From Deltaproteobacteria bacterium (GTDB lineage Bacteria > Myxococcota_A > UBA9160 > SMWR01): 40,360 nucleotides of DNA. The stretch covers positions 1 through 40,360 of the forward strand of contig JAQBGU010000086.1 of NCBI GenBank assembly GCA_032128375.1, written 5' to 3'. Shown piece after piece: positions 27,475-36,205 of this stretch (positions are counted from its first letter, which is position 1; each line of letters starts with the position of its first letter). A model generated the notes under the pieces. The model had not been told where the DNA came from. It saw only the letters and a program-made list of their open reading frames with translations, and searched no databases. The position numbers and the translations under genes are program-made.

Positions 27475-28169
27475 CGAGACCTGCGGGCTGGCTCGTCGCG
27501 CTGCTACTCGGCGGGGCCTGCTCGTCGACGCCAGAGCAAGGCCCCGGGGCCGATCCGGGACGGCCCGATGGCGTCGTTCACTCGTTACGTGCGGGAGAGA
27601 ACGTCTACCGCCTCTCTCAGTTCTACGGCGTACCGGTCGAAGCGATCATCCGTGCCAACCGGCTTCACGACCTGACAGCACTTCGGGTCGGGCAGGAGAT
27701 CTGGATTCCCGGCACCACCAGGCGACTAGCGACGCAGGCGCTCGATGCTCGGGAGATGGCGATGCAAAACGATCGGGAGTCATCGGCCGAGGCGGCGTCG
27801 CTGGGGCTGGGTTGGCCGGTTCGCGGGCGCTTGAGTGCGCGTTTTGGTTGGAGAAATGGGCGGCGTCACGAAGGCATCGACATTCCCGCCCGCCGCGGGA
27901 CTCCGGTCTATGCTGCGCAGGCCGGCCGAGTCATCCACAGCGGTGGTGGGCTTGGCGACTACGGCAACGTGGTGATCGTAAAACACAGCGGACGCTATTC
28001 CACCGTGTATGCCCACAATGATCGGCTCCGGGTACGCAAGGGCCAGTTCATCGAAAAAGGTGACATCCTGGGTGAAGTGGGAACTTCCGGAAACGCCAGC
28101 GGCCCCCACATTCATTTCGAAGTTCGCCACGATCGCAAGCCATTGGATCCGCTGCTGTATCTCCCCTAG
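27459..28169 (+). CDS. nlpD: LysM + M23 peptidase lipoprotein (NlpD-like)
   Basis: Lipobox LGGAC, LysM (HSLRAGENVYRLS...IIRAN), M23 motifs HEGID, YGNVVIVKH, YAHN and GPHIHFE. Follows pcm. Confidence 0.85.
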   Translation: MGRRLARPAGWLVALLLGGACSSTPEQGPGADPGRPDGVVHSLRAGENVYRLSQFYGVPVEAIIRANRLHDLTALRVGQEIWIPGTTRRLATQALDAREMAMQNDRESSAEAASLGLGWPVRGRLSARFGWRNGRRHEGIDIPARRGTPVYAAQAGRVIHSGGGLGDYGNVVIVKHSGRYSTVYAHNDRLRVRKGQFIEKGDILGEVGTSGNASGPHIHFEVRHDRKPLDPLLYLP

Positions 28170-28293
28170 GCGCTGAGTGCGCGGGTGTCTCTCATCACAC
28201 CCAATTGACAACGTTTTGGCGAGAAATGCGGGCTAGCCTCGGGTCCGCTGCCCACTGGTTCGACTGGAATGGATCAGATTGACGGAGGTACCC

Positions 28294-30276
28294 GTGACCT
28301 GCGCGTTCGATTCGAGCGGTCAGCCTGACGACACCTCGAGCCTGAACCAAGCCGCAATCGCGATGGGCCTGATCGGGCTTCTGGCATTCGCATGTGGGGG
28401 CTGCAGCGAATCGGATCGCATCAGCCTTCAGGCACGCCTGGGTGATTCGGATGCGCAGAACCAGATGGCGCGCGAGGCTGCGCGCGCGACGGATTTCGAA
28501 CGAGCCGCGCAATGGTATCGCCAGGCCGCAGACGGTGGCGATGCGCCAGCACAGTTTGCGCTGGCAGAGTTGCTTTCGAGTGGGCGCGCGCAGCCGGAAG
28601 GCGGCGATGAAGTCGTGCTGCTGCTGGAGATGGCGGCCGAGCAGGGGCATGCTGCGGCGCAACGCGAGCTGGCCCACTTCTACGCAGGCATGGGGCCCAA
28701 AAAAGCTGACGAATCCATGCAGTGGTACGAGCGTGCGGCCCAAGCCGGTGACGCGATCGCGCAGCTCGAACTTGGACGGATGGCGGCTGCCGGTGACGGC
28801 GAGACGGCAGACTCCGTGCGGGCCGTCAGCTGGTTTCGAAAGGCGGCGCAGCAGGGCAACGCAGCCGCGCAGCGAGAACTCGCGATTCAACTCTCAACCG
28901 CCGGTCTGGGAAACGCTGAAGCATTGCAGTGGTATTCGGCGGCGGCGGAGCAGGGCGATGCGATCGCCCAGGTCTATCTGGGGCATGCCAGCCGTATCGG
29001 GCAAGGGGTAACGCTGGATCACGAGCAAGCGGCGATCTGGTATCGCGCTGCGGCCGAGCAAGGCCATGCCGAAGCCCAGTCGTCGCTCGGCTTCGTCTAT
29101 TCGCTCGGCCAAGGCGTACCCCTCGACTATCGATTAGCGGCGGAATGGTTGACGAAGGCGGCCTCTCAAGGCGACGCCGCTGGCCAAAACAGGCTGGGTG
29201 TGCTCTACACCAACGGATTGGTCAACGCGGACACCGCTGAAAATCTGCCAGAGTGGGCACGCAGCGCAATGGAGCGCGGCCTTTCACTACCCGATCAAGT
29301 ACTCGCCAGCATGACCGCGAACGGCGGCGAAGCCAGCCTCGACGAAAACGCGGTGGAGGCCGCGAAGTGGTACCGAGCCGCGGCCGAGCAGGGGCTTGCC
29401 AGCGCACAGCTCAACCTGGCTGCTGCCCACGAAATGGGTCGAGGGGTCGAGCGCGACACATCGACTGCATTCGAGTTGTATCAGAAGGCTGCTGCACAGG
29501 GGCTTGCGCTCGCGTCGGTTCGGCTCGGTCAGGCGTACGAGAACGGCGAGCTCGGTGTGACGCAAGACATGGGAAAGGCTATCGAGCATTTTCGCCGTGC
29601 AGCGGAAGGCGGTTCACGAGTTGCACAGGTTGCACTCGGAGTCCGCTACGAAAACGGCGTGCGCGTTCCTGTCGATTTGGAGGAGTCTGCACGTTGGTAT
29701 CTGGCCGCGGCGAACAGTGGAGATAGCATAGCAAAAATTAAAATGGGAATGCTCTACGAAGCGGGAAGAGGCGTCAAAGCGGATCTGGCGGCAGCGGTAC
29801 GCTGGTACAGCGCGGCAGCGCAGCAAGGCGAGGTCCTGGCGCAGCTTCGGATGGCGAAGATGTACTACGACGGTACAGGTGTCCCCCAGGACTACGCGCA
29901 GGCGCGCCCCTGGTACGAGCGCGCGGCGGCGCAGGGCTCGGCCATTGCCATGTTGAATCTCGGTGCCCTCTATTCGAACGGGCAAGGAGTCGAAAAGGAC
30001 GACAAGCAAGCCACGGCATGGTTCCTGAAGGCAGCCGAACTCGGCGATGGCTTGGCACAAGCCAAGGTCGGCGTTGCGTATCGATCCGGAAGCGGAGTGG
30101 GGCGCGATCTCGTCAAGGCACACATGTGGCTATCCCTCAGCGACAACGAGGGCGCCAAACAGTGGCGCGAGCTGGTCGAAAGTATGCTCTCTTCGTACGA
30201 AAAGGAGAAATCCAGGAAGCTGGTTCGCGAGTGGAAGCAGGCTCACGAGCCGACAGCGGCGAAGGCTACACCGTGA
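28294..30276 (+). CDS. Sel1-like repeat protein (~15 repeats), probably exported or a lipoprotein
   Basis: Repeated AQ..LG..Y..G.G....A..WY..AA.QG units. GTG start follows GGAGG. Hydrophobic segment ends in LLAFACGGC. Confidence 0.92.
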   Translation: MTCAFDSSGQPDDTSSLNQAAIAMGLIGLLAFACGGCSESDRISLQARLGDSDAQNQMAREAARATDFERAAQWYRQAADGGDAPAQFALAELLSSGRAQPEGGDEVVLLLEMAAEQGHAAAQRELAHFYAGMGPKKADESMQWYERAAQAGDAIAQLELGRMAAAGDGETADSVRAVSWFRKAAQQGNAAAQRELAIQLSTAGLGNAEALQWYSAAAEQGDAIAQVYLGHASRIGQGVTLDHEQAAIWYRAAAEQGHAEAQSSLGFVYSLGQGVPLDYRLAAEWLTKAASQGDAAGQNRLGVLYTNGLVNADTAENLPEWARSAMERGLSLPDQVLASMTANGGEASLDENAVEAAKWYRAAAEQGLASAQLNLAAAHEMGRGVERDTSTAFELYQKAAAQGLALASVRLGQAYENGELGVTQDMGKAIEHFRRAAEGGSRVAQVALGVRYENGVRVPVDLEESARWYLAAANSGDSIAKIKMGMLYEAGRGVKADLAAAVRWYSAAAQQGEVLAQLRMAKMYYDGTGVPQDYAQARPWYERAAAQGSAIAMLNLGALYSNGQGVEKDDKQATAWFLKAAELGDGLAQAKVGVAYRSGSGVGRDLVKAHMWLSLSDNEGAKQWRELVESMLSSYEKEKSRKLVREWKQAHEPTAAKATP

Positions 30277-30303
30277 CGCACTGGCGATGAGGGAGGAAGC
30301 GAT

Positions 30304-30870
30304 ATGATCTTGTTGATTCTCGGAATGCTGCTATGGAGCGGCGCCCACCTGCTACCGAGTGTGGCTCGGCCATTTCGCGCAAGCCTGATCAATCGCCTGG
30401 ACGCCCAGAAGTACCAGGGACTTTTCGCGCTTGTGATTCTGGTTTCACTTGCGCTGATCATCTTTGGCTGGCGTTCGACACCCCCAGTCCCTGTCTACGC
30501 GGTCCCCGCGTGGGGTCGAATGGCGGCGATCCTGTTGGTCCTGCCCGCTCTGGTGCTGTTCATCGCGTCCGGATTCCCGACCAACATCAAGCGCATCGTT
30601 CGGCATCCGCAACTCGCGGGCGTGGCGGTTTGGTCGCTCGGACACTTGGTCGCGAACGGTGAGTCCCGTTCGCTGGTATTGTTCGGCGGTATGGGCCTAT
30701 GGGCGCTCGTCGCGATGGCGACGATCAACCGCCGCGACGGTGCGTGGCAACGACCGGAACCAACGCCGCTTCTGGGCGACCTGAAGCCAGTGGTGGGCGC
30801 CGCGGTCGTGTATGCCGTGTTGCTCTTAGCGCATCCGTACTTGACGGGCGTGTCCGCGATGCCCGGTTAG
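30304..30870 (+). CDS. NnrU-family membrane protein
   Basis: LILGMLLWSGAHL, RIVRHPQL.G..VWSLGHL.ANG and a terminal AHPYL.GV. Confidence 0.88.
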   Translation: MILLILGMLLWSGAHLLPSVARPFRASLINRLDAQKYQGLFALVILVSLALIIFGWRSTPPVPVYAVPAWGRMAAILLVLPALVLFIASGFPTNIKRIVRHPQLAGVAVWSLGHLVANGESRSLVLFGGMGLWALVAMATINRRDGAWQRPEPTPLLGDLKPVVGAAVVYAVLLLAHPYLTGVSAMPG

Positions 30871-31154
30871 CGGAAGGGACGTCCCGACCCGGTCCCGACT
30901 GGGCCCGCTTGGCGGAGTGCGAGCGACGCGAAGTCGCTCGCGGTTGCGTGAGTCGCTGCTTTCCCTCGCCCAAAGCAGGGTGCACCCGTTGCGCGATTCG
31001 AGGGGCGTGGAATGCGCGCTACTGCGCTTACCGCGGCCGGAATTCGCGCATCCGGCGCCACGTTCGTCACGCTCACTTCCCACCAGAATGGTGATCGAGA
31101 GAGGGCAAACTCGCGGGCTCCAAGGGGCGCCCCGTGGGGCACCTGGAGCGGCAG

Positions 31155-31191
31155 CGGAAAAATATTATCGAATAGCGGAATTTTGTTTCCG
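31155..31191 (+). promoter_or_regulatory. Tandem palindromic upstream activator sites (putative bEBP binding)
   Basis: CGGAA-N6-TATCG (31155-31170) and perfect CGGAA-N6-TTCCG (31176-31191), with starts 21 bp apart. Confidence 0.55.
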
Positions 31192-31252
31192 TATCGGATC
31201 AGCATATCTCTATAAAAGTCATATAAATCAGCTAGTCAGAATCGACACATGC

Positions 31253-31270
31253 TCGGTATGTGCCTTGCAT
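31253..31270 (+). promoter_or_regulatory. Sigma54 (-24/-12) promoter of the PEP-CTERM gene
   Basis: CGGTAT-GTGCC-TTGCAT, with GG (31255-56), N10, GC (31267-68). Confidence 0.65.
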
Positions 31271-31311
31271 AACATGTTGCGGTCTCGCACTTACTCCCTT
31301 GGAGATCTCTG

Positions 31312-32127
31312 ATGCACAGCTACGCCCACGCCGCTCTCGTCGCCGGTCAACGACCGGAACCGGTCCTTGTGCGAAGTCGGCTGCTTTGTCTCGTTCTCGG
31401 TCTCGGATGGCTGGTGGTGGTCGCGTCGTCGGCTGGCGCGGTCCCCATCAACGTGACGGTTTCGTCGATCGACGAGTTCAATGTCGAGCTGTCGCAATCC
31501 GGTCAGTTCGATGCGACCGATTCGGATGGCGACGGGATCTTCAGCTACGACCTGGGCGACCTGCCCAGCAACGTCGGTTCGACCGGCCGCTGGGACATCA
31601 CCGAGTGGAGCGGGATCCTCAATCCGGACCCGGTAATCTCGAACTCCTTCAACGTGACGAACCTGCTCCCCGGCACGCAGACTTTCATTATCACATTGTC
31701 CACCGTGACCGGCCCGATCGGGGCTCCCACCACGCTCACCGGCGGTTCTGCCCAAGGCGGCGTCACCGACGCGAACGGCAACGGCGCGACTCTCAGCACC
31801 ACGGGCGCGGGTACCGCCTTCTATACATCGCTTCTCGACGGCGCGGACTTCGTGGCTCTCTACGCCGACCCCTCATCCGTTAGCGTTGGTGGCTTCCTGA
31901 GTGGAAACCTGTCCCCGCTCGAGGATTTCGGCACGCCGATCCCGAGCTTCCCCGGTCCAGCAGTGGCGAACTCGATCGGGATCCGCTTCCAGTTCGACCT
32001 GACGGGTACGGACCGGGCCACCGGTTCCGGTGTCTTCGTCGTGGAGCCGATCGTTCCCGAGCCGGGGACAGGGCTGCTATTGGGCTTCGGCCTGCTGGTC
32101 ATCGCGGGACTCCGCCGCAATTCCTGA
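31312..32127 (+). CDS. PEP-CTERM sorting-domain surface protein
   Basis: Signal peptide, Gly/Thr/Ser-rich beta-type body, C-terminal VPEPGTGLLLGFGLLVIAGLRR. Confidence 0.92.
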   Translation: MHSYAHAALVAGQRPEPVLVRSRLLCLVLGLGWLVVVASSAGAVPINVTVSSIDEFNVELSQSGQFDATDSDGDGIFSYDLGDLPSNVGSTGRWDITEWSGILNPDPVISNSFNVTNLLPGTQTFIITLSTVTGPIGAPTTLTGGSAQGGVTDANGNGATLSTTGAGTAFYTSLLDGADFVALYADPSSVSVGGFLSGNLSPLEDFGTPIPSFPGPAVANSIGIRFQFDLTGTDRATGSGVFVVEPIVPEPGTGLLLGFGLLVIAGLRRNS

Positions 32128-32131
32128 CCGG

Positions 32132-32155
32132 CGGTCGATCGTGTCCGATCGACCG
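32132..32155 (+). terminator. GC-rich hairpin after the PEP-CTERM gene (no U-tract)
   Basis: CGGTCGATCG-TGTC-CGATCGACCG, a 10-bp stem. Confidence 0.4.
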
Positions 32156-32748
32156 GCGCCGCGAGGAGTTCGCGGCCCGTCCCACCGGGTTCGGGTATCC
32201 GAGGATGACTTCCCCGATCCCCGTAACCGCTCCGGCTCCAGATTCAAGAGGGTGGGCGGACCCCCCGACAGCGCGCAGTGAAGCCGGTAGCCAAAGCCAG
32301 GCTATTCGCACCCCATCACGCTGCGCGTGACCTCCAACAGCAGAGCGAGTACCGGCGCAGCGTCGCCGCTAACCATCAACGCGGTCGGGGCGGACTTCGC
32401 GGGCAAGCTCGAGCTTCCGGCTGCGATGCTCGAGAGGTCGTCGTCTCGGGCACCCCGGCGCTCGGCGAGTTCCTCCTCCGCTCTCGCGCCCGACCTCCGA
32501 GGCCGAGAGCGTGAGATTCTCGCTCGTGGCGGACGCCGCGCTTGCGGCCGCCGTCGTCGAGAGCCCCGGCACGTTCTCGTCGCTCGGGCTCACCGCGCAG
32601 AGTTCATCGCAGCTGGACTTCACGGCCACGGGCAGCGGCAGCGCCGTGGGTTTAATCTGCTGGGCGGGACAAAGACCTCGAGGTGATCTGGGATCACTGA
32701 TATGTGAAAAAGCGCGGCGCGATCCGCGACGCTTGCAGCGCTGGCCGA

Positions 32749-33585
32749 TCAGGCGTGGGTGCGTCGGGACCGCGAGCCGGCGATCACGGATTTCAGCATC
32801 GCCCGCCTGGCTTTCATAGGCGGCGTCGCTTCCCAGATTTCGGCCTGAGCGAAGCTCGGTCTCTGCCGCAGCCGCTCGTAGTAGCTCGCCACCAGAGGAA
32901 ATCGGCCGTCCCCCCACAGTGAGGCCGCGAGCCCCAACATCTTGAGGCGGGCAAGAATGCAGGTCCACGCGACGTCAGCCAGCGAATACGTGTCAGCGGC
33001 GAGGTAGCGCGTCTTGCCGAGCTGCTCCTCGACGCGCCGCAACACCGATTCGAGATCGTTGCGGATCTCGGCGATCTCTGACCGGCTGGCGATGCTCGCT
33101 CGCCATTGACGCACATCTTCGATTTTCGCCTCATAGCGTTTGGCAAGGTCGGGGTTCGCGTCCCGCAGTCGGCGCAGCTTGGCGACGCGCAACGGCATGC
33201 TGATCTTGCGCAGGGCCATACCCATCACGCCCCGCAGGCTGGCGAAGGTCAGCTCGCGCATCCGCAGGCGATCCTGCTGCTCGATCCACTGCTCCATGCA
33301 CTCACGCTCGTCGCTGCCTTCCGGTATCAGAGGCGGCCCTTCGAACGCTTCGTCGATGTAGCGAATGATGAGTGCCGAGTCGGTCACCACGCGATCTCCG
33401 TGGACGAGCGTCGGAACCACGCCCCTCGGGTTGAGCCGCAGGTACCACGGTTCGAAATTTTCCAGCCGCAGCTCGATATCGATGAGCTGGTTTTCATACG
33501 GGACGCGCTTCTCGGCGAGCGCGAGGCGGACTTTCTGCGAACACAATGAGGCAGGAAATGCGTAGAGAGTCAGATCTGTTTTCAT
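32749..33585 (-). CDS. Glutathione S-transferase family protein, GDAP1-like
   Basis: SLCSQKVRLALAEK, EPWYLRLNPRGVVPTL, DSALIIRY and YSLADVAWTCILARL. ATG follows GGAGG. Confidence 0.92.
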   Translation of the reverse strand: MKTDLTLYAFPASLCSQKVRLALAEKRVPYENQLIDIELRLENFEPWYLRLNPRGVVPTLVHGDRVVTDSALIIRYIDEAFEGPPLIPEGSDERECMEQWIEQQDRLRMRELTFASLRGVMGMALRKISMPLRVAKLRRLRDANPDLAKRYEAKIEDVRQWRASIASRSEIAEIRNDLESVLRRVEEQLGKTRYLAADTYSLADVAWTCILARLKMLGLAASLWGDGRFPLVASYYERLRQRPSFAQAEIWEATPPMKARRAMLKSVIAGSRSRRTHA

Positions 33586-33772
33586 ACCGCCTCCCTGGAA
33601 GCATTTGAACTCGACGCCAGGGCACACGGTATCACGCGTTGACCGCTGGTCCTGCTGGATCTACCTCGGGTCGCGGCCGGGCAAGGCTTGACGCCGTGAC
33701 GTTCGAGAAGCGGATCGAGCCCCGCTTGCCGGGCCATTGAGTGACTCCGCGATTGACGTAGTATCGCAGGCC

Positions 33773-33902
33773 GTGGAGTTCGAGTGGGACGACGCGAAGG
33801 ATCTCGGCACCCAGCGGGCACGGCCTGTCTTTCCCGGAGGTGACAGAGCTCGTCGAGTCGGGTGGGGAGTACCTCGAGATCTTCGACGAGGCTCACTCGG
33901 AG
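33773..33902 (+). pseudogene. BrnT toxin N-terminal remnant, frameshifted and truncated
   Basis: (M)EFEWDDAKDLGTQR, frameshift, HGLSFPEVTELVESGGEYLEIFDEAHSE, matching the BrnT FEWD..K...N..KHG..F...D..HS pattern. Confidence 0.75.
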
Positions 33903-34306
33903 ATCGCCGCGGGTGCCATGTGGCTGTGCACGAAGATCGGCGTCAAGGTTCCGCCGGCGCGCGCATAGGTGGCGATCGAATCCGGCTCGAGCAGTGCATC
34001 GAGCCCTTCACCGGCCAGCTTCGAGAGTTGCCCCGCGTTCTCGCAGCGCGAGAGCTCCGCGAGCAACGTCTCGAAGCCCGCCATGCCGGTCGCCTGCTCG
34101 GCGAACAGGCGATGGTCGAGCCACGGGCGCAGCGAGCGATGCACGGGGATCAGCAAGCCGACCGCGCCACCGAGAGCGCCCACTCGCCAAACGAGCTGTC
34201 CAGCCCGAAGCCGCGGTCCCTGCGGCCAGCCCGGGCACCACCGCCAACGCGAACGCGAGAAAGCCGACGCCGAGGACCGTGACGCATGCGGTCGCGTCGC
34301 ACTCAA
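33893..34306 (-). pseudogene. Internal fragment of a membrane-bound sensor or cyclase-type protein
   Basis: TM segments split across frames (TVLGVGFLAFALAVVP; GGAVGLLIP), then PVHRSLRPWLDHRLFAE and the start of a GAF-like region. Truncated at both ends. Confidence 0.5.
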
Positions 34307-34432
34307 TTCCCTATCCTCGGACGCGGCGGGATAGTCCGATTACACTCGCAGTTGGTTACGAACGAGTTGGGCGGCGGGAGCGACCACCCCGGTGCACCGT
34401 GGCGTCGGGGAAAGGCGCGAAGGAGCGAACTC

Positions 34433-35247
34433 ATGTCCAAGCGACTGAAGCCGGCAGACCCGACGCTGGTCAGCGAGCTGCAGAGACCACTCTGGAATCG
34501 AAGCGCAGAGGCCTATGCCGACGTGTTCAGTGGCTCCGTCAGTCAAGCCATAGAGCCCACGCTCGACGCTGCTGGAATCGATGCGGGTTCTCGCGTACTC
34601 GACGTTGCTACCGGCCCTGGGATCATCGCGGCGGCTGCGTCGGAGCGGGGCGCGACAGCAAAGGGCATCGACTTCGCGGAGAACATGGTTGCTGTTGCCC
34701 AGCGCAGGTATCCAAATATCGATTTCACGGTTGCCGATGCCACCGACCTACCGTTCAGCGACGGAGACTTTGATGCAGTCGTGATGGGGTTCGCCCTGTT
34801 CATGATGGCCGAACCCGACAAGGCCTTACGCGAAGCGCATCGGGTACTCTCGCGCCTGGTGGGCGAGTCGCCTGCACGGTGTGGGATTGGCCGGTTCCTG
34901 GATTTGACCTGTTCTACTCCCCGATGGAGAGATTCGTTCCGGAAGAGTCTGTTCTCGGGGGCGATCCGCCTCTCTTCGGCGTGTCGGACCGCGATGTGTT
35001 GCAGGCGGTTCTCGTGGACGCGGGGTTTGCAGATCCAGCCGTGGAGGACCTTCCCATAGTCTGGGAGCTCGCATCACCAGACGAACTGTTCGATGCGTTG
35101 GCGACGCTCAGAGACTTCAGCCACGTCGCTGATGATCTCTTGAGCTCGTTTCGGTCCGAGGTCGCGAGCGGGGCGCAACAGTACAAGCGCGGTGGAAGCT
35201 ACTTCATTCCCTTTCCGGCTCTTCTTCTCACCGGTACGAGGCCCTAG
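34433..35247 (+). pseudogene. Class I SAM-dependent methyltransferase split by a 2-bp insertion
   Basis: VLDVATGPG, GIDF, ADATDLPF.DGDFDAV and ALREAHRVL. Removing TC at 34850-51 restores VLAPGGRVACTVW and an 813-nt frame to TAG 35247. Confidence 0.8.
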
Positions 35248-35289
35248 CTCGACGACGGGGGCTCCCATCGTAGGAGAAGGAGATGTTGG

Positions 35290-35518
35290 CCCGCCGCCCG
35301 TCGAGGTCGGTGGCCCCTGCATAGCCGGCGCCGATCCAGTTGCGTTCGTAGATGAAGAAGATCGCGACGTTGAAGACGAGCGCGAGCGAGATTCAGAAGG
35401 CACTCCAGGCAAGTGCTTCGCCCATGCCAATCACATGAACGCGTCGATGGAAGACTCCGAGGTCGAGAGCCAGAAGCGTCAGGACCATCAGGATGCACCC
35501 GGACCACAGCCAGATCAT
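35290..35518 (-). pseudogene. TerC/Alx-family membrane protein N-terminal remnant
   Basis: MIWLWSG...LLALDLGVFHRRVHVIGMGEALAWSAF*ISLALVFN. Codon 42 is TGA (35395-35393) where Trp is expected, and the rest of the gene is missing. Confidence 0.8.
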
Positions 35519-35599
35519 GGGTTAGTTCCTAGCGCATGCTTCTACCAAGTCGGACTCCAACTCGAACTCAGTGAGCGTAGCGGAGGCACTGTGCCGCCG

Positions 35600-36205
35600 A
35601 CCTCATCGCCATGAATACACGCTGTCAACGTGAATAGGAATGACAGCCGCATGACCCCGAACACCTTCGAGGCCATCACACGGCAAAAGCCCGAAGGAGA
35701 TCTCAAATTCACCACGGGCTACGCGTGGAGCATCAAGAGCCGCAATTCCGAAGAGTTCGTCTCCTTTTCCGGAAGCCATCGGACTCAACGAACACCGCGG
35801 GCTTGCTTGGGGCGGCGTGATCTGGGATCCGGACGTGAAATTTCCACGGTGGCGTGTACGCCGGCGGCGTTTCCGACGTCGGTGGCAAAGCGTACGGCGA
35901 GCTGGGCGTCGGACGTGATCTCGCGGACGGATGGCACGGGCGGATCGACGGGCAGTTCGCGTACCAATTCGACATCGGGGACGACCTCCTGGGCGACGCG
36001 GGGGACGACACGTGGACCCTCGCAATCCGCGCTGCTACCAGCCGTGCGGGAGCCGTGTTCCGGCTGGGCATGGCCTTTGCCGGCCCAAACGCGGATACGA
36101 GTTTCTTCGGCTCGCGCGCGAGCTACGTCGACCTCAAGAGGTCGACCTGACGATCGACTACCAATTGAAGCAGGGCTGGTTGACTCTCAAGGTTCGAGCG
36201 TTGAT
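35600..36205 (+). pseudogene. OprD-like outer-membrane porin remnant with multiple frameshifts and deletions
   Basis: NRNDSRMTPNTFEA...GYAWSIKSRNSEEF, then in other frames GWHGRIDGQFAYQFDIG...RLGMAF...SYVDL and EVDLTIDYQLKQGWL. Confidence 0.65.

Noticed and set aside
31120..31147. GGCGCCCCG as a possible att duplicate of the tRNA-Arg 3' end
   Set aside because: Only ~9 imperfect GC-rich bases match, which is expected by chance.
33582..34773. ORFs 33737-34282, 33862-34773 and 33582-33896 as real genes
   Set aside because: They are chimeric read-throughs or antisense frames of the BrnT, sensor and methyltransferase remnants.
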